A DNA stretch of 64,000 bases from Leucoraja erinacea (taxonomy: Eukaryota). The stretch covers positions 17,112,001 to 17,176,000 of the forward strand of contig NC_073384.1 of NCBI RefSeq assembly GCF_028641065.1, given 5' to 3'. Under the pieces are notes generated by a model. That model saw only the letters and a program-made list of their open reading frames with translations. It did not search any database and had not been told where the DNA came from. Within the stretch, counting starts at the first letter, position 1; each line of letters opens with the position of its first letter. Shown piece after piece: positions 12,047-25,719 of the stretch. The position numbers and the translations under genes were made by a program.

Positions 12047-13954
12047 CATGGGTAGAAATCGTTTTTATAACATGGGGTGGCCACAAAGGGAGAGGGCACA
12101 GAGGGGAGAGAGAGAACGGAGAGAGAGGGCCGAGAGAGAGGGCAGAGAGAGAGGGCCGAGAGAGAGGGCAGAGAGAGAGGGCAGAGAGAGAGGGCAGAGA
12201 GAGAGGGCATAGAGAGAGGGCAGAGAGAGAGGGCAGGGAGAGAGGGCAGATAGGGCAGAGAGGAACAATCGCACGTTATAATGTGCTGTCGACCCATTTT
12301 GCCACCGCTCAACAACCCTCCTGTCCCCCAACATTGCACCCTTCTTCACGGCAGCCCTGCAGATGTCTCGGTTCTGACAATTAAAGGGACCTACCCGGTA
12401 ACAACACTATGAGCAGCTCTGGGCCGCCGCGTTCCCGGCTCGAATCGACTCGACGCCTAACTGACACATGCTCCGTTCTGTGCTGAGCTTGCTGCGGGCC
12501 GGATAAAATCTCACGGTGGGCCATATGTGGCCCACGGGCCATAGTTTGGAGACCCCTGATGAACGCATACGTACGTACACATGATACGGTAATTACAGTT
12601 AGCTCTGCCATAATTGGGAAGAGTGTAGTGCTAGCTTCCTTCCGTGGTGGGTGGGAGGCATGGACGGAAATCCCAGGGTGGGCGACAGGGGGGACATATC
12701 CCCTCCATGTTTTGAGAGGTGGGGGACAATCCCCCCCATGTTTTGTGAAACGTATTTTGCAATCAATTCCCATCCGACCGCGCGCTGCGGAGTCGCGGCC
12801 GCATGCATGGTCAGCTGGCTCAGAATCTGAAAACAATTAAATGTTATCCTTTGGTAATGATAAACGCTCATCCATTCCTCATACAATACACCAAATAGAT
12901 TGCAGCAGAACCAAAACCGCCTTGGAATTTTACATTGATAAATAGCTCTCTGGTTTAATGAGTACTGAAGAACGATTGGAGTCGTTTATCACTTTATTTC
13001 TCTGAGACAAAAACGATGTTTTAACTGTCGTATTAACACTGTTAGTTTGATGTGTCACCAACCAATACATCGATATGCATTCATCAGTAAATGTAATTGT
13101 GTTTTGACCTTCAAGTATTCCTGACGAATTCCTTTGAATAAAATTCACGGGAGAATTCCTTAAAACTGTCTGATGTGGGTATAATTACTATTTGAGCTTT
13201 GGAAGCAAACAAAGAATACTGGAGGAACACAGCGGGTGAGACAGCATCTATGTAGAGAAGGAAAATGGGATGTTTCGGGTCTCGACCCTCCTTCAGACCC
13301 ATTGTGAACTTTTGATGTATTGGTGGATGGGAAAGATTTAAACGGATATTGGAGGATCATTAAGGGACCCGGCGGTCGAGATGGTTTGCAGGTGTAGCCC
13401 CTCATTCACACACGTTATTCAGTCATTTTTACCCACAATTTAGGGATGTTATATGAAATTTTAAAAAATTAAGTATGTTTATATTTATTTTTGTTAGTTT
13501 ATTAAAAGTTTATTTATGTATGTTTTTGTTAGTTTGTGAAAAGTCTATGTGTGTTGTTTTCTCTCTCTCTCTTTCTCCCCCTCTCTCTCTCTCTAGGTTA
13601 GCCGTTTAAATCTTTCAAAAGTTACAACATGATAAATAACACTGAATAAGACTGAAGCAAATAAAGGTAAACAGAAGCACTATCCTTGGAGGTGAGAGAG
13701 AGGGAAAACAATGCACGTAAACTTTTCACAAACTAACAAAAACATAGATAAAGAAACTTTAGATGGGAGGAGATAAAATTGTTAGTTGTCATGCAAACTT
13801 GTCATCGGGCTGCCAAGCAATTGTGTCCCCCCATGTTTTAAAAGCGATTTCCGCCCTTACGGGCAAAGAGGCTGGAGAATAGGCCTAGATTATGTTTCGG
13901 CATACTAGAAAACATGGAGGTGGGGGGCACATCTCCCCAGAATTTCCACCCATT
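12047..13954. mobile_element. Nested non-autonomous hAT-like elements (CATGGRYRGAAAT-type termini)
   Basis: Related terminal motifs at 12047, 12659, ~13845-13858 and ~13940-13954, and again at ~56348; a Charlie-like end AGTTTGGAGACCCCTG at ~12543-12558; no clean TSD found. Confidence 0.5.
12087..12262 (+). repeat. Purine-rich minisatellite (GAGAGAGAGGGCA)n
   Basis: Direct tandem repeats visible; explains the ERAERE/LSALSL ORFs. Confidence 0.9.
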
Positions 13955-14150
13955 ATCAATGCACACCCACAATGCTATGAGGGAGAGCGAGTTCTAGGTT
14001 ATTGAACCAGCAACGGTGAAGGAACATCGATATGTTTCCAGGTCAGTATGATGGGTAGATTGGAAGACAACTTGCTGCAATGTATCCTGAAGATGCTACA
14101 AGCCGCTGCTACTGTGTACCTGTGGTGGAGTGAGTGAATGTTGAGGATGG

Positions 14151-14400
14151 TTCAATGATTTTTATTCAATGATTCTCCAGTGCCCTCGAACAGGTCGGCC
14201 CACCGACCAAAGTCCCTCTCCTCGCCCGTCCGTCTCTGTGTCTCAAGGAACACTTCCTGCAGCCGACCCCGAAGGTGCTGGAGGTAATATCCTGGCCCCT
14301 CTACTACCAGCCTATACCGTTCTATTCTCACCAAGGGTTGAAGGCAAAGTGCTCTGCATAGGAAGAGATACGGATCTGTGACAGGTATCCCCATTACCAC
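14151..14400 (-). mobile_element. Possible L1/Tx1-type LINE 3' fragment
   Basis: Minus ORF ending ...ETQRRTGEERDFGRWADLF followed by AATAAA and a short tandem tail; family assignment is tentative. Confidence 0.3.
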
Positions 14401-14491
14401 CAGAGGGCACTGTCGTTCCATTATTCCACTTGAACTGTTATTTTTCCAAAGATACATTTTCTTCCACTTATCAAATTCCAAAGTAACTTTA

Positions 14492-15813
14492 AGAATAGAA
14501 TAGTTTCTTTATTGTCATTGTAACATGAACCATGTACAACAAAATTTAAAAATGTCAGCCAGTCAGTGCACCATTCAAACATTTCTAAAAGCTAACGATA
14601 CATACCAGATAAAATATTAAAAGATAAACAACTAAAATAAATATCATGAAAATAGCACGCATAAACACCCAACCCTCCATCCTTCTGTCGATTTCACAGT
14701 GTACCACAGTCCCTTAGTATGTATCGCCCCTGCGTTCCTTGGCGGCTACATTTAGTGCTTTTATAGCAGTGGGGTAAAAACTGTTTTTTAGTCTGTTCGT
14801 CCTTGTCCTTGTAGATCTGTACCGTCTGCCTGACGGCAACAGTTCAAACAGGGAGTGGCCGGGGTGGGAAATGTCCTTTATGATACTCTGGGATTTTTTG
14901 ATGCAGCGGGATCTGTGTAAGTCCTCCAAGGTAAGGAGAGGGCAGCCGACAATCCTCTGGGCGTTGTCAATGGCCCTCTGGAGCGCTTTCCTCTGAGCCG
15001 CTGTGCAGCTGGTGTACCACACGCATACACAGTATGTTAGTATGCTCTCAATGGAGCACCGATAAAAGGACAGCAGCAGTCTCTGAGTGATGTTATTCTT
15101 CCTGAGCACCCTCAGGAAGTGCAGTCTCTGCTGGACCTTTTTCAGCAGCGCCGTGGTGTTCACGCTCCACGTCAGGTCCTCCTCAATATGGATTCCCAGG
15201 AAGCGGAAATCCGCCACCCTCTCCACACAGTCCCCTCTGATAATCAATGGTACCATGTCCGTTTTATTCTTCCTAAAGTCTATTATTAATTTCTTTGTCT
15301 TTAAGGTGTTGAGGAGCAGGTTATTTTCTTCACACCACACTGTCAGCTGCTCCGCCTCATCCCGGTAGGCATACTCGTCCCACCCGGAGATGAGTCCCAC
15401 CACCGTAGTGTCATCCGCAAATTTGACAATGGTGTTGCTGTGGTGGGTGGGGGTGCAGTCATGTGTGTAGATGGTGTAGAGCAGGGGGCTCAGTACGCAG
15501 CCCTGTGGAGAGCCGGTACTGAGGCTGAGGGCCATGGATGTATGATGGCCCACTCTGACTGTCTGGCTGCGACCCGACAGGAAGCTATTTATCCACATGC
15601 AGGTGGAGTGTGGAAGTCCCAAGTCCCCCAGTTTGTCCACCAGTTTGTGGGGAAGGATGGTATTAAAAGCAGAGGTGTAGTCCACAAAGAGCATCCGCAC
15701 ATAGCTCCCCCGCTGCTCCAGATGAGACAGTGCAGCATGGAGAGCTGTGGCTACAGCGTCCTCTGTAGATCTATTTGCTCTGTACGCAAACTGGTGGGGG
15801 TCAAAGCTTCGGG
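14492..15813 (-). mobile_element. 5'-truncated Rex1/Babar LINE with uninterrupted RT C-terminal ORF (14714-15700)
   Basis: Motifs FVDYTSAFNTI, GSPQGCVLSPLL, KFADDTTVVG and the characteristic C-terminal region (QRLHFLRVL...RTNRLKNSFYP); AATAAA plus (CTATT)n tail. Confidence 0.9.
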
Positions 15814-16106
15814 GCAGGAGTGGTTCTCCACTTACCGATGAAATTGCAATAGAAGCATTTTGGCCCTGAGTTTTTCCCGATTCAAAGTATGATCTTTTAA
15901 CCTTCCTAATATAGGCTGGGCTGCAATAGTGTTAAAGGCTTAGATGGGATGGAATGTGTTGAGTGTGTTCAGAATGGTTTCACCACACATAATAGTGGTC
16001 TCTGCTATGGAGAGGGCAGAGCTTAACCTACTCTTGGTAAATAGGGCAGGGCAAGTGACTGAGATGTCAGTGAGGGAACACTTTGGAACAATGCCCAGAG
16101 GTCTAT

Positions 16107-16398
16107 TAGTTTAGTTTGATTTAGTTTAGAGATACAGCGCAGAAACAGGCCCTTTGGCCACCAAGTCTGCACATTAACACAAGCCTACACATACTAGAGA
16201 CAATGTACACATATACCAAGTCTGCAAATCAAAGCCAATTAACCTACAAACCTGTACGTTTTTGGAGCGTGGGAGGAAACTGAAAATCTCGGAGAAAACG
16301 CACGTGGTCACGGGGAGGACGTACAACCCTGTGGTTGGGATGAACCAGGGTTTCCAGCGCTGCAAACGCTCTAAGTCAGCAACTCTACCGCTGCGCCC
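16107..16398 (-). mobile_element. HE1-like SINE
   Basis: (TAAAC)n tail seen as TTTAG repeats at 16107-16130; tRNA-like head GGGGCGCAGCGGTAGAGTTGCTG at the right end. Confidence 0.75.
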
Positions 16399-16859
16399 CG
16401 TTTTAAAATACTTATGGGAAAGAACAGAACTGGTCCACAATTTAAATTTTAAATTAGGGAAGGCTAATTTTAACAGTATTAGAAAAGAGCATGCAGAAGT
16501 TAATTGGAGTAAGATGTTTGCTGGCAAATACATCCTTAATCCATTACAATTCACCCAGCAACAAAACAGATCCTTGGCAGACACCATATCCCTGGCCAGA
16601 CACACATTTGTATTGATATTAGTTTATTATTAACCCGTGTACTGAGATACAGTGAAAATACGTTGTTTTGTGTGCTACCCATGCAAATCATACCACACAT
16701 GAGTACAATCACACCAGGCACAAGTACAACAGGGAGTGCAAAAATATTAAGCATACAGAATACAGTGTTACAGACACAGAGAAAGTCCAAATAAAATTGT
16801 ACAAGGTGCCTACCGCAGTGAGTAGGTTGGGCGAACGAGACTATAACATTATTATGTAC

Positions 16860-18421
16860 TTCCAAGCTATCTTTGAGTCCTGGCAAAATCCTCGTAAATC
16901 TTCTCTGCGCCCATTTTCAGCTTGATAACATCCTTCCCATAACATGTTTACAAAAACTGGGGACAATACACTAAATGCAGCCTCACCAACGTCTTATACG
17001 TGTACAACATGACCTCCCAACTTCTATACAGGGCTCTAACTGATGAAGGCCAATGTGCCAAAAGCCTTTTTGACCACCCAATCTACCTGTAATGCCACTT
17101 TCAATTACCTATATACCTGTGCTCCTAAATCCCTCTGCTCTACCATTTACTGTGTAGATTCTGCCCATGTTCGTGTTCCCAAATGCAACACCTCACATTT
17201 CTCTGTATTAAATTCTATCAACAATTGCTCAGCCCACCTGCCCAATCAACAAGATCCTGCTGCAACTTATGATAACCATGTTCACTATCTACAATACCAA
17301 CCACTTTTGTGTCATCTGCAAACTAGCTAACCATGCCATGCACGTTCTCGTACAAATCATTGATACAGATGACAAACAGCAATGGGCCCAGCATTAAACC
17401 CTGAGTCACACCACCAGTCACAGGCCTCCAGTCTGAAAAAACAACCCTCCACCATCACCCTCTGCTTCTTTCAATGACGTCAATTACCCATCCATTCATC
17501 GATATCTCCATGAATTCCATTGGATCTAACCTTCTCGAGCATCCTACCATGCGGTACCTTGTCAAATGACTTACTAAAATGCATGTATACAATGTCCACA
17601 GCTCTACCTTCATCGACCTTTTTGGTCACATCCTCAAATAACTCAAACAGATTCGGGCGACACGACCACCCATGTACAAAACCATATTGACTATCCCAAA
17701 TCAGCCCCTGTCCATCTAAGTGCAGATATATATATCGTATCGTATCCCCCAGAATACTCCCTAGTAACTTTCCAACCACAAATGTTAAACTCACGGGCCT
17801 GTAGTTTCCAGCCTTTTCCCTGCACCCCTTCTTGAATAGAGGCACAATCATTTGCCTCCCTCTACTCTTCCGGCAACTTGGCTGTATTGAACAATGATTC
17901 ATAAGTCTCTGCAAGGGCTCCTCGTTTCCCACAGTGCCCGAGGATATAACTGATCAGACTCGGGAAATTTGCCTATCTTCATACGCTTCAGGTACCTTCA
18001 GCACCTCTGTGACCTCTGCCACATGTTCCAAATGTTGGGGGAGTCCAGAACCAGGGGCCACATAGAACGGAGACGAGGAAACATTTTTTCTCACAGAGAG
18101 TTGTGAGTCTGTGGAATTCTCTGCCTCAGAGGGCGGTTCTCTGGATAATTTCAAGAGAGAGCTAGTTAGGGCTCTTAAAGGTAGCGGAGTCAGGGGATAT
18201 GGGGAGAAGGCAGGAACGGGGTACTGATTGGTGATGATCAGCCATGATCACATTGAATGGCGGTGCAGGCTCGAAGGGCCGAATGGCCTACTCCTGCACC
18301 TATTGTCTATTGTCTATTGGCCATAATACTGACTGCTCTCAAAGCACTTCCAGTGACTACCCCAAGATCCCTCATCCTCCTGTCTTTCTCAACGATAAAA
18401 ACTCTCGTTGAAGACCTTACC
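16860..18421 (-). mobile_element. Degraded CR1 ORF2 fragment, itself containing a plus-strand CR1 3' end (~18020-18318)
   Basis: NYRPVSLT...FSKSFDKVPHGR in ORF 17480-17932; inner copy ends in a (CTATTGT)n tail. Confidence 0.8.
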
Positions 18422-19464
18422 TAGGTATGTTACAAAACTTACCTTCAGCGGCGCTGCAGTTCTGCCACTGGCTGTGTGCGCGACTTTGGCGCCTTTGAGA
18501 AGGGGGCAGGAATAAAATACCATTTTCTTCTGCCTGTCGGAGTCGATCTTTCTCAGCCTGTTCAGCTGCTGCAGAAAAATCGCTCCGACTTCCGTTCTCT
18601 GAAGTTGTTTTAAAACATCGCTGGACAATTTAATGGCTGGAGTAAAATAAAAATCGACTTCTAACGCCGCCAATGCCGACAACAGGATGGATCTCCCGTA
18701 CAGGACAAATAAAGGTAAGCCATTTATTTTACATATAAACTTGCTTCTTAGGATTACTTTAATCCAAAATTTACGTTGGGAAAAGGTGATTTAGGCCCCA
18801 TACAAAACAGCAGTGGTTTTCCTGCCGATATGGGGTTTAAATTCACCGCAAACCGCAACGGTCCAAACAATCGCGTTCCACAAAAATCCACTCGCAAGAT
18901 GATTTAAATGGCCATTAATTTACGGGGATTAAACACTAAATTCCTTCCATTTGGCCTATAAATTCATGACAATGAGATTTAAAAATCATGTTATATTGTG
19001 AGTTCTTGTGTGAATGTTATTTGGACAACTGGGCTATTTAAAAATGTTAACCTTTTCTTAAGAAATGGATAGATGTATAGATCTAGTAATTGAATTTTAT
19101 AATTAGCTACAATTAGGTAACTAACTAATTATATGCTTTAATTTCAGGACATCCAAGTAAGATTGTTTCATATTTGTTTCAGAATGCTTCAATCTGTAAC
19201 AACTGAAAATTTCATTAAGTTCTCTTAATTTTTAAGAAAGTTATGGGCTTTTGAGTGTCCTTGATCACAGCTTTCGAGTTAAGTCAATGGAAAAGCAATA
19301 GGGAACAATATGCTAATTTCTGAGTATGAAAATGGCCATAACTTTTTTAATACTGAAGATATGAAAGTAAATTAGGCGTCAAATTAAACTTATTTTTATG
19401 CTTTATCTGATGGGATAAATTTCAGACTTGATTTTTTAAATCTCAAAATTTTGTAACTATGCTA
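18422..19464. mobile_element. Non-autonomous TIR element with TAG...CTA termini (same family as 32211-33600)
   Basis: TAGGTATGTTACAAAA ... TTTTGTAACTATGCTA; degenerate 7-bp TSD CCTTACC / TCTTGCC. Confidence 0.8.
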
Positions 19465-20507
19465 TCTTGCCCATCTCCTGTGGCTCCACACAGAATTGAC
19501 CACTACACACAGAATTGATCCTGAGGGGTCCCACATTTTTGCTGGTTACTCTTTTTCCTTTTATGTGCTTTTAATATCTCTTGGGATTATTCTTAGTGCT
19601 GTATACCAGAGCCATCTCCTGTCCCCTTTTTGCCCTTCAGATTTCCCTTATTAGCTTAGTTCCCGAAACTCCTCCCGGGATACACTTGATCCCAGCTGCC
19701 TAGACCTGTCCAATGCCTTTTTCTTCAAACTCCTGACCATTACAAAAGTGCTCTTGACCATATAAAAAAAATTGGGACATCATGATATTTCTGTACAAAT
19801 TATTGGTGAGACCACACTTGGAATACTGTGTGCAGTTCCAGTCGCTAGTTATTGGAAAGATGTCACAACGTTGGAGAAGGTGCAGAAGATTCACCAGGAT
19901 ATTACTGATCCTTGCAGGTCTAAGTTATAAAGTGAAGCTGGATTGGCTGCGACCTTTTTCCTTTGGAGCATAGGAAACTGAAGGGTGATTGGCTTAAGGG
20001 TGAGATTTCTGAAGTATGTAAAATGACACGAGGCATGGATAAGGTGAACACACAGTTTATTTCCCCATGGTACAGATTGTAAAACTCGAGGACATTGGAT
20101 TAAGGTGAGAGGGGTGATATTTAAGAGAGACCACAATGCAACATTTCACTCAGCCCTCTCCTATATTATCTTAAAAATAGCGTCACAGTTTAAGCTGCAT
20201 GTTTATTAGAAAGCAGCAACATCTATATTCAAGCAATTGAACAATTTGAACAATCAATACAATATTTTAAAGCAGTAAACAATAACGAGGAAGTCTATAC
20301 AACCATTGGAAAATCTCCATATACTTGATTGTCTTTAAATTCTTATCGTACATTGGGAAGCAACTAACTAGCTGATACATGCCATCCAATCAACCAGCTT
20401 CAATGTAGATACCACTTATTTTTCCTATACTTCTATCAATGGGAGAATGATGAGGAAAGGGATGTTTTTTCTTGTTGCACATATCCCAAATGTTCCTTCT
20501 AATAAAC

Positions 20508-20736
20508 CAGGGCTGTCTTAACATCATTCTAGGCCCCCGGGCAAAGCAGTGCACTGGGGCCTCTACATTTCCAGTTTCTTTATTCTGAATCAAATATGGC
20601 GTCATGCACTTGCGATGTTCTTCTCTGTTTTCATGTTCTACAATAACATTCTACAATACATAGATTAGCATGTGGCCCCTGTGCTCGTGGGGCCCCGGGC
20701 AACTGCCCAGCGTGCCCATGTGTTAAGACGGCCCTG
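20508..20736. mobile_element. 229-bp hAT MITE
   Basis: TIR CAGGGCTGTCTTAACA / TGTTAAGACGGCCCTG; perfect 8-bp TSD TAATAAAC (20500-20507, 20737-20744). Confidence 0.92.
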
Positions 20737-20744
20737 TAATAAAC

Positions 20745-23700
20745 GTGTCTTGGGTCCCAGGGAGTCGTTGGAGCGAGAGGAGGAGTTACCTGGGCTGTTA
20801 GTTAAAAATCGAGCTTGGGGCTTGCTTTCACAGAGGCCCAGGGAGCCGTTGGAGCGAGAGAAGGAGTTACCTGGGCGGTGAGTTAAAAATCGAGTGCGAG
20901 GAGGAGTTACCCGATCTGCAGCGTTCCATCACACTTCCAGAGAAGGGGTCTGGTGGAAGCCTCTGATTGGTGGAAGCGGACCAGAGGAAGCAGCTGATTG
21001 GGTGCAACCCCAGGTTTGCCTTTCTGCTTTCAGGTTAAGGGTACAGTATTTATTAGTAAAGGTACAGATTAAAGGAAAAAGATTTTTATAGTGGGAGGGA
21101 GTTGATTTAATTTGGGGGTAAGCCATGTCAGTGGAGATTGACCCCGTGGTTTACTCAGTCTGCAACATGTGGGAGATCAGGGATATGGTTGGCGTCCCTG
21201 GTGACTACGTTTGCAGGAAGTGTGTACAGCTGTAGCTCCTGGCAGACCACATTGAACGATTGGAACTGTGGCTGGATTCATACTAGAGCATCCACGATGC
21301 TGAGAAAGTCATGGATAGCACGTACAGTGAGTTGGTCACACCACAGGTAAAAGGTAAGAGGACAGAAAGGGAACGGGTGGCCACTAGCCAGCAAAGCCGT
21401 AGGCAGGTAGTGCAGGAGTCCCCTGCGGTCATCTCCCTCCTAAACAGGTATACCATTTTGGAAACTGTTGGGGGATATGGCTCATCAGGGGAAGGCAGCA
21501 GCAGCCAAGTTTATGGCACCATGGGTGGCTCTGCGGCACAGGAGGGGAGAAAAAATAGTGGAAGGGCAATAGCAATTGGGGATTCAATTGTAAGGGGAAT
21601 AGATAGGTGTTTCTGCGGCCGCAAATGAGGCTCCAGGATGGTATGTTGCCTCCCTGGTGCAAGGGTCAGGGATGTCACTGAATGGCTGCAGAACAGTCTG
21701 GAGGGGGAGGGTGAACAGCCAGTTGTCGTGGTGCACATTGGCACCAACGATATAGATTAAAAAAAGGGATGAGGTCCTACAAGGTGAATTTAGGGAGCTA
21801 GGAGATAAACTTAAAAGTAGGACCTCAAAGGTAATAATCTCTGGATTACTACCAGTGCCACGGGCTAGTCAGAGTAGAAATAGGAGGATATTGCAGATGA
21901 ATACGTGGCTTGAAAAATGGTGCAAGGGGGGGGGGCATTCAAATTTCTAGGGCATTGGAACCAGTTCTGGGGGAGGTGGGACCAGTACAAACAGGACGGT
22001 CTGCACCTGGGTGGAATGGAACCAATGTCCTTGGGGGAGTGTTTGCTAGTGCTGTCGGGGAGGATTTAAACTAATGTGGTGGGGGGATGGGTGCAAGAGC
22101 AGAGAGACAGAGGGGTGTAAAATGAGGGTAGAAGCAATAGGTAGCAAGGTGAAAAGTAAAAGTGGCAGTCAGACAAATCCAGGGCAAAAATCAAAAAGGG
22201 CCACTTTTCAACATAATTGTATAAGGGGTAAGAGTGTTGTAAAAACAAGCCTGAAGGCTTTGTTTCTTAATGCAAGGAGCATTCGTAATAAGGTGGATGA
22301 GTTGAATGTGCAGATAGTTATTAATGAATATGATATAGTTGGGATCACGGAGACATGGCTCCAGGGTGACCAAGGCTGGGAGATGAACATCCAGGGATAT
22401 TCAATATTCAGGAGGGATAGACAGAAAGGAAAAGGAGGCGGGGTAGCGTTGCTGGTTAGAGAGGAGATTAACGCAATAGAAAGGAAGGACATTAGCTTGG
22501 AGGATGTGGAATCGATATGGGGTAGAGCTTCGAAACACTAAGGGGCAGAAAACGCTAGTGGGAGTTGTGTACAGGCCACCTAACAGTAGTAGTGGAGTTG
22601 GGGATGGCATCAAACAGGAAATTAGAAATGCGTGCATCAAAAGTAAAACAATTATAATGGGTGACTTCAATCTACATATAGATTGGGTGAATCAAATTGG
22701 CAGGGGTGCTGAGGAAGAGGATTTCTTGGAATGTATGCGGGATAGTTTTCTAAACCAACATGTAGTGGAACCAACGAGAGAACAGGCTATTCTCGACTGG
22801 GTATTGAGTAATGAGGAAGGGTTAGTTAGCAGTCTTGTTGTGCGTGGCCCCTTGGGCAAGAGGAACCTTATGATTATATGATAATATGGCTGAGTTCTTG
22901 TAGATGAGATATGCATGTGCCTTTAATATAGTTACCTCATCACTACTAACCACTCCCCATATCACAAGTATAATTACAACCTCCCCACCCACATATCGCT
23001 CTCTAGTTTTCGTGACAGAACACGTACAGCTAGTGCTCTCTGTATAAAATACAGTATGAATAAAATGAAGTAAAGTTACAGTGTGTCGCTATCACTTCTT
23101 TACAGTTCTTCATTAGGATGGAGAGTAACATTGATAATTCAGAAACAAGGGTCCTGAACTTAAAGAAAGGTGACTATGAGGGTATGAGACGTGAATTGGC
23201 CAAGATAAACTGGCAATTGATTCTTAAAGGGTTGACGGTGGATATGCAATGGAAGGCATTTAAAAACTGCATGGATGAACTACAACAATTCTTCATCCCA
23301 GTTTGGAAAAATAATAAATCAGGGAAGGTAGTGCATCCGTGGACAACAAGGGAAATCAAAACAAAAGATGAAGCGTACAAATTAGCCAGAGGACTGGGAG
23401 AAATTCAGTCCAGCAGAGGAGGACAAAATGCTTAATTAGGAACGGTAAATTGATTTTTAAAGAAAACTGGCAGGGAACATAAAAACTGACTGCAAAAGTT
23501 TTTATAGATATGTGAAGAGGAAAAGATTAGTTAAAACAAATGTAGGTCCCTTGCAGTCAGAAACAGGTGGATTGATCATGAGGAACAAGGACATGGCAGC
23601 CCAATTGAATAACTGCTTTGGTTCTGTCTTCACTAAGGAAGACGTAAATAATCTGCCGGAAATAGCAAGGGACCGGGGGTTGAATGAGATGGAGGAACTG

Positions 23701-25330
23701 AGTGAAATCCAGGTTAGCCGGGAAGTGGTGTTAGGTGAAGTGAATGGATTAAAGGCCGATAAATCCCCAGGGCCAGATAAGTTGCAGCCCAGAGTACTTA
23801 AGGAAGTAGCCGCAGAAATAGTGGATGCATTAGTGATAATTTTTGAAAACTCTTTAGATCTGGAGTAGTTCCTGAGGACTGGAGGGTAGCTAACGTAACC
23901 CCACTTTTTAAACAGGGAGAGAGAGAGAAAACGGGGATTTACAGACCAGTTAGTCTAACATCGGTGGTGGGGAAAATTCTGGAGTCAGTTATTAAAGATG
24001 GGATAGCAGCACATTTGGAAAGTGGTGAATTCATTGGACAAAGTCAGCATGGATTTATGAAAAGTAAATCATGTCTGACGAATCATAGAATTTTTCGAGG
24101 ATGTAATTAGTAGAGTGGATAAGGGAGAACCAGTGGATGTGCTATATCTGGACTTCCAGAAGGCTTTCGACAAGGTCCCACATAAGAGCTTAGTATGCAA
24201 ACTTAAAGCACACGTTATTGGGGGTTCAGTATTGATGTGGATAGAGAACTGGCTGGCAGACAGGAAGCAAAGAGTAGAAGTAAACGGGCCCTTTTCAGAA
24301 TGGCAGGCAGTGACTAGTGGGGTACCGCAAGGCTCAGTGCTGGGACCCCAGCTATTTACAATATATATTAATGATCTGGATGAGGGAATTGAATGCAACA
24401 TCTCCAAGTTTGCAGAAGACACGAAGCTGGGGGGCAGTGTTAGCTGTGAGGAGGATGCTAGGAGGCTGCAAGGTGACTTGGATAGGTTGGGTGAGTGGGC
24501 AAATGCATGGCAGATGCAGTATAATGTGGATAAATGTGAGGTTATCCACTTTGGTGGCAAAAACAGGAAAGTAGACTATTATCTGAATGGTGGCCAATTA
24601 GGAAAAGGGGAGACGCAACGAGACCTGGGTGTCATGGTACACCAGTCATTGAAAGTGGGCGTGCAGGCACAGCAGGCAGTGAAGAAAGCAAATGGTATGT
24701 TAGCATTCATAGCAAAAGGATTTGAGTATAGGAGCAGGGAGGTTCTACTGCAGTTGTACAGGGTCTTGGTGAGACCGCACCTGGACTATTACGTACAGTT
24801 TTGGTCTCCTAATCTGAGGAAGGACATTCTTGCCATGGAGTACAGAGAAGGTTCACCAGACTGATTCCTGGGATGTCAGGACTTTCACGTAAAGAAAGAC
24901 TGGATAGACTTGGCTTGTAAACGCTAGAATTTAGAAGATTGAGGGGGGATCTTAAATGTACAAAATTCTTAAGGGGTTGGACATGCTAGATGCAGGAGGA
25001 TTATTCCCAGTTGGGGAAGTCCAGAACTAGGGGTCACAATTTAAGGATAAAAGGGAAGTCTTTTAGGACCGAGATGAGAAAATCATTTTTTTTCACAGAG
25101 AGTGGTGAATCTCTGGAATTCTCTGCCACAGAAGGTGGTTGATGGCCAGTTCATTGGTTATATTTAAGAGGGAATTAGATGTGGCCCTTGTGGCTAAAGG
25201 GATCAGGGGGTATGGAGAGAAGGCAGGGATTGGTAACTGAGTTGGATGATCAGCCATGGTCATATTGAATGACGGTGCAGGCTCGAAGGGCCGAATGGCC
25301 GCCTCCTGCACCTATTTTCTATGTTTCTAT
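20745..25330 (+). mobile_element. Near full-length, decayed CR1 LINE
   Basis: Tandem-repeat 5' region; ORF1 with Cys motifs and SGNH-esterase motifs (GDSIVRG, HIGTND, DGLH); APE endonuclease (LNARS, GITETW, MGDFN); RT ([21 protein letters not shown]); (TTTCTATG) tail. Confidence 0.92.
22899..23104 (+). mobile_element. Solo LTR (206 bp) of a Mag-like Gypsy family
   Basis: TG...CA ends; 5-bp TSD GTTCT (22894-22898, 23105-23109); matches the LTRs at 43986-44139 and 44735-44930. Confidence 0.92.
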
Positions 25331-25719
25331 ACCTTTAGATGTCTGACGTGTCTGCCTGTGCAGATATCATCCAATCTTCCGTCATCTAAACGAGGACACT
25401 GAGGCATTTCAGCTGTGGGATGCTTATTTGCTTCCTGTTTAAAGAAAATTAAACAAAACCCAGTTACACAAAGCAAAATGGTGAAGAATGCATGTCTGAA
25501 GGGTCATGTGTTCATGTTGTCCAGAGATGCTGCCTGACCCCCAGTGATAATACAGCACTTTCTGTGCTTCAATGCATGAGTTCAAATCAGTTCCAGTCAT
25601 TGCCCGAACTGTTCCGTTGAGTGTCTGAACACAGGCCCAATCTATGGTATGTATCTCTGTTCTCAAATAATGTTGAGCCCCATGGGATCTTAAAGTCACA
25701 GTCACAGTCATGGTCACAG

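Noticed and set aside
20745-20915. Spaced direct repeats (GGAGCGAGAGGAGGAGTTACCTGGGC...AAAAATCGAG) resembling a CRISPR array
   Set aside because: Eukaryotic context, no unique spacers or cas genes; this is the tandem-repeat 5' region of the CR1.
24069-24597. Recurrent antisense ORFs (MPPKWITSH..., MATIQIIVY...) seen several times in the window
   Set aside because: Shadow frames of the CR1 RT region, repeated because CR1 is repeated.
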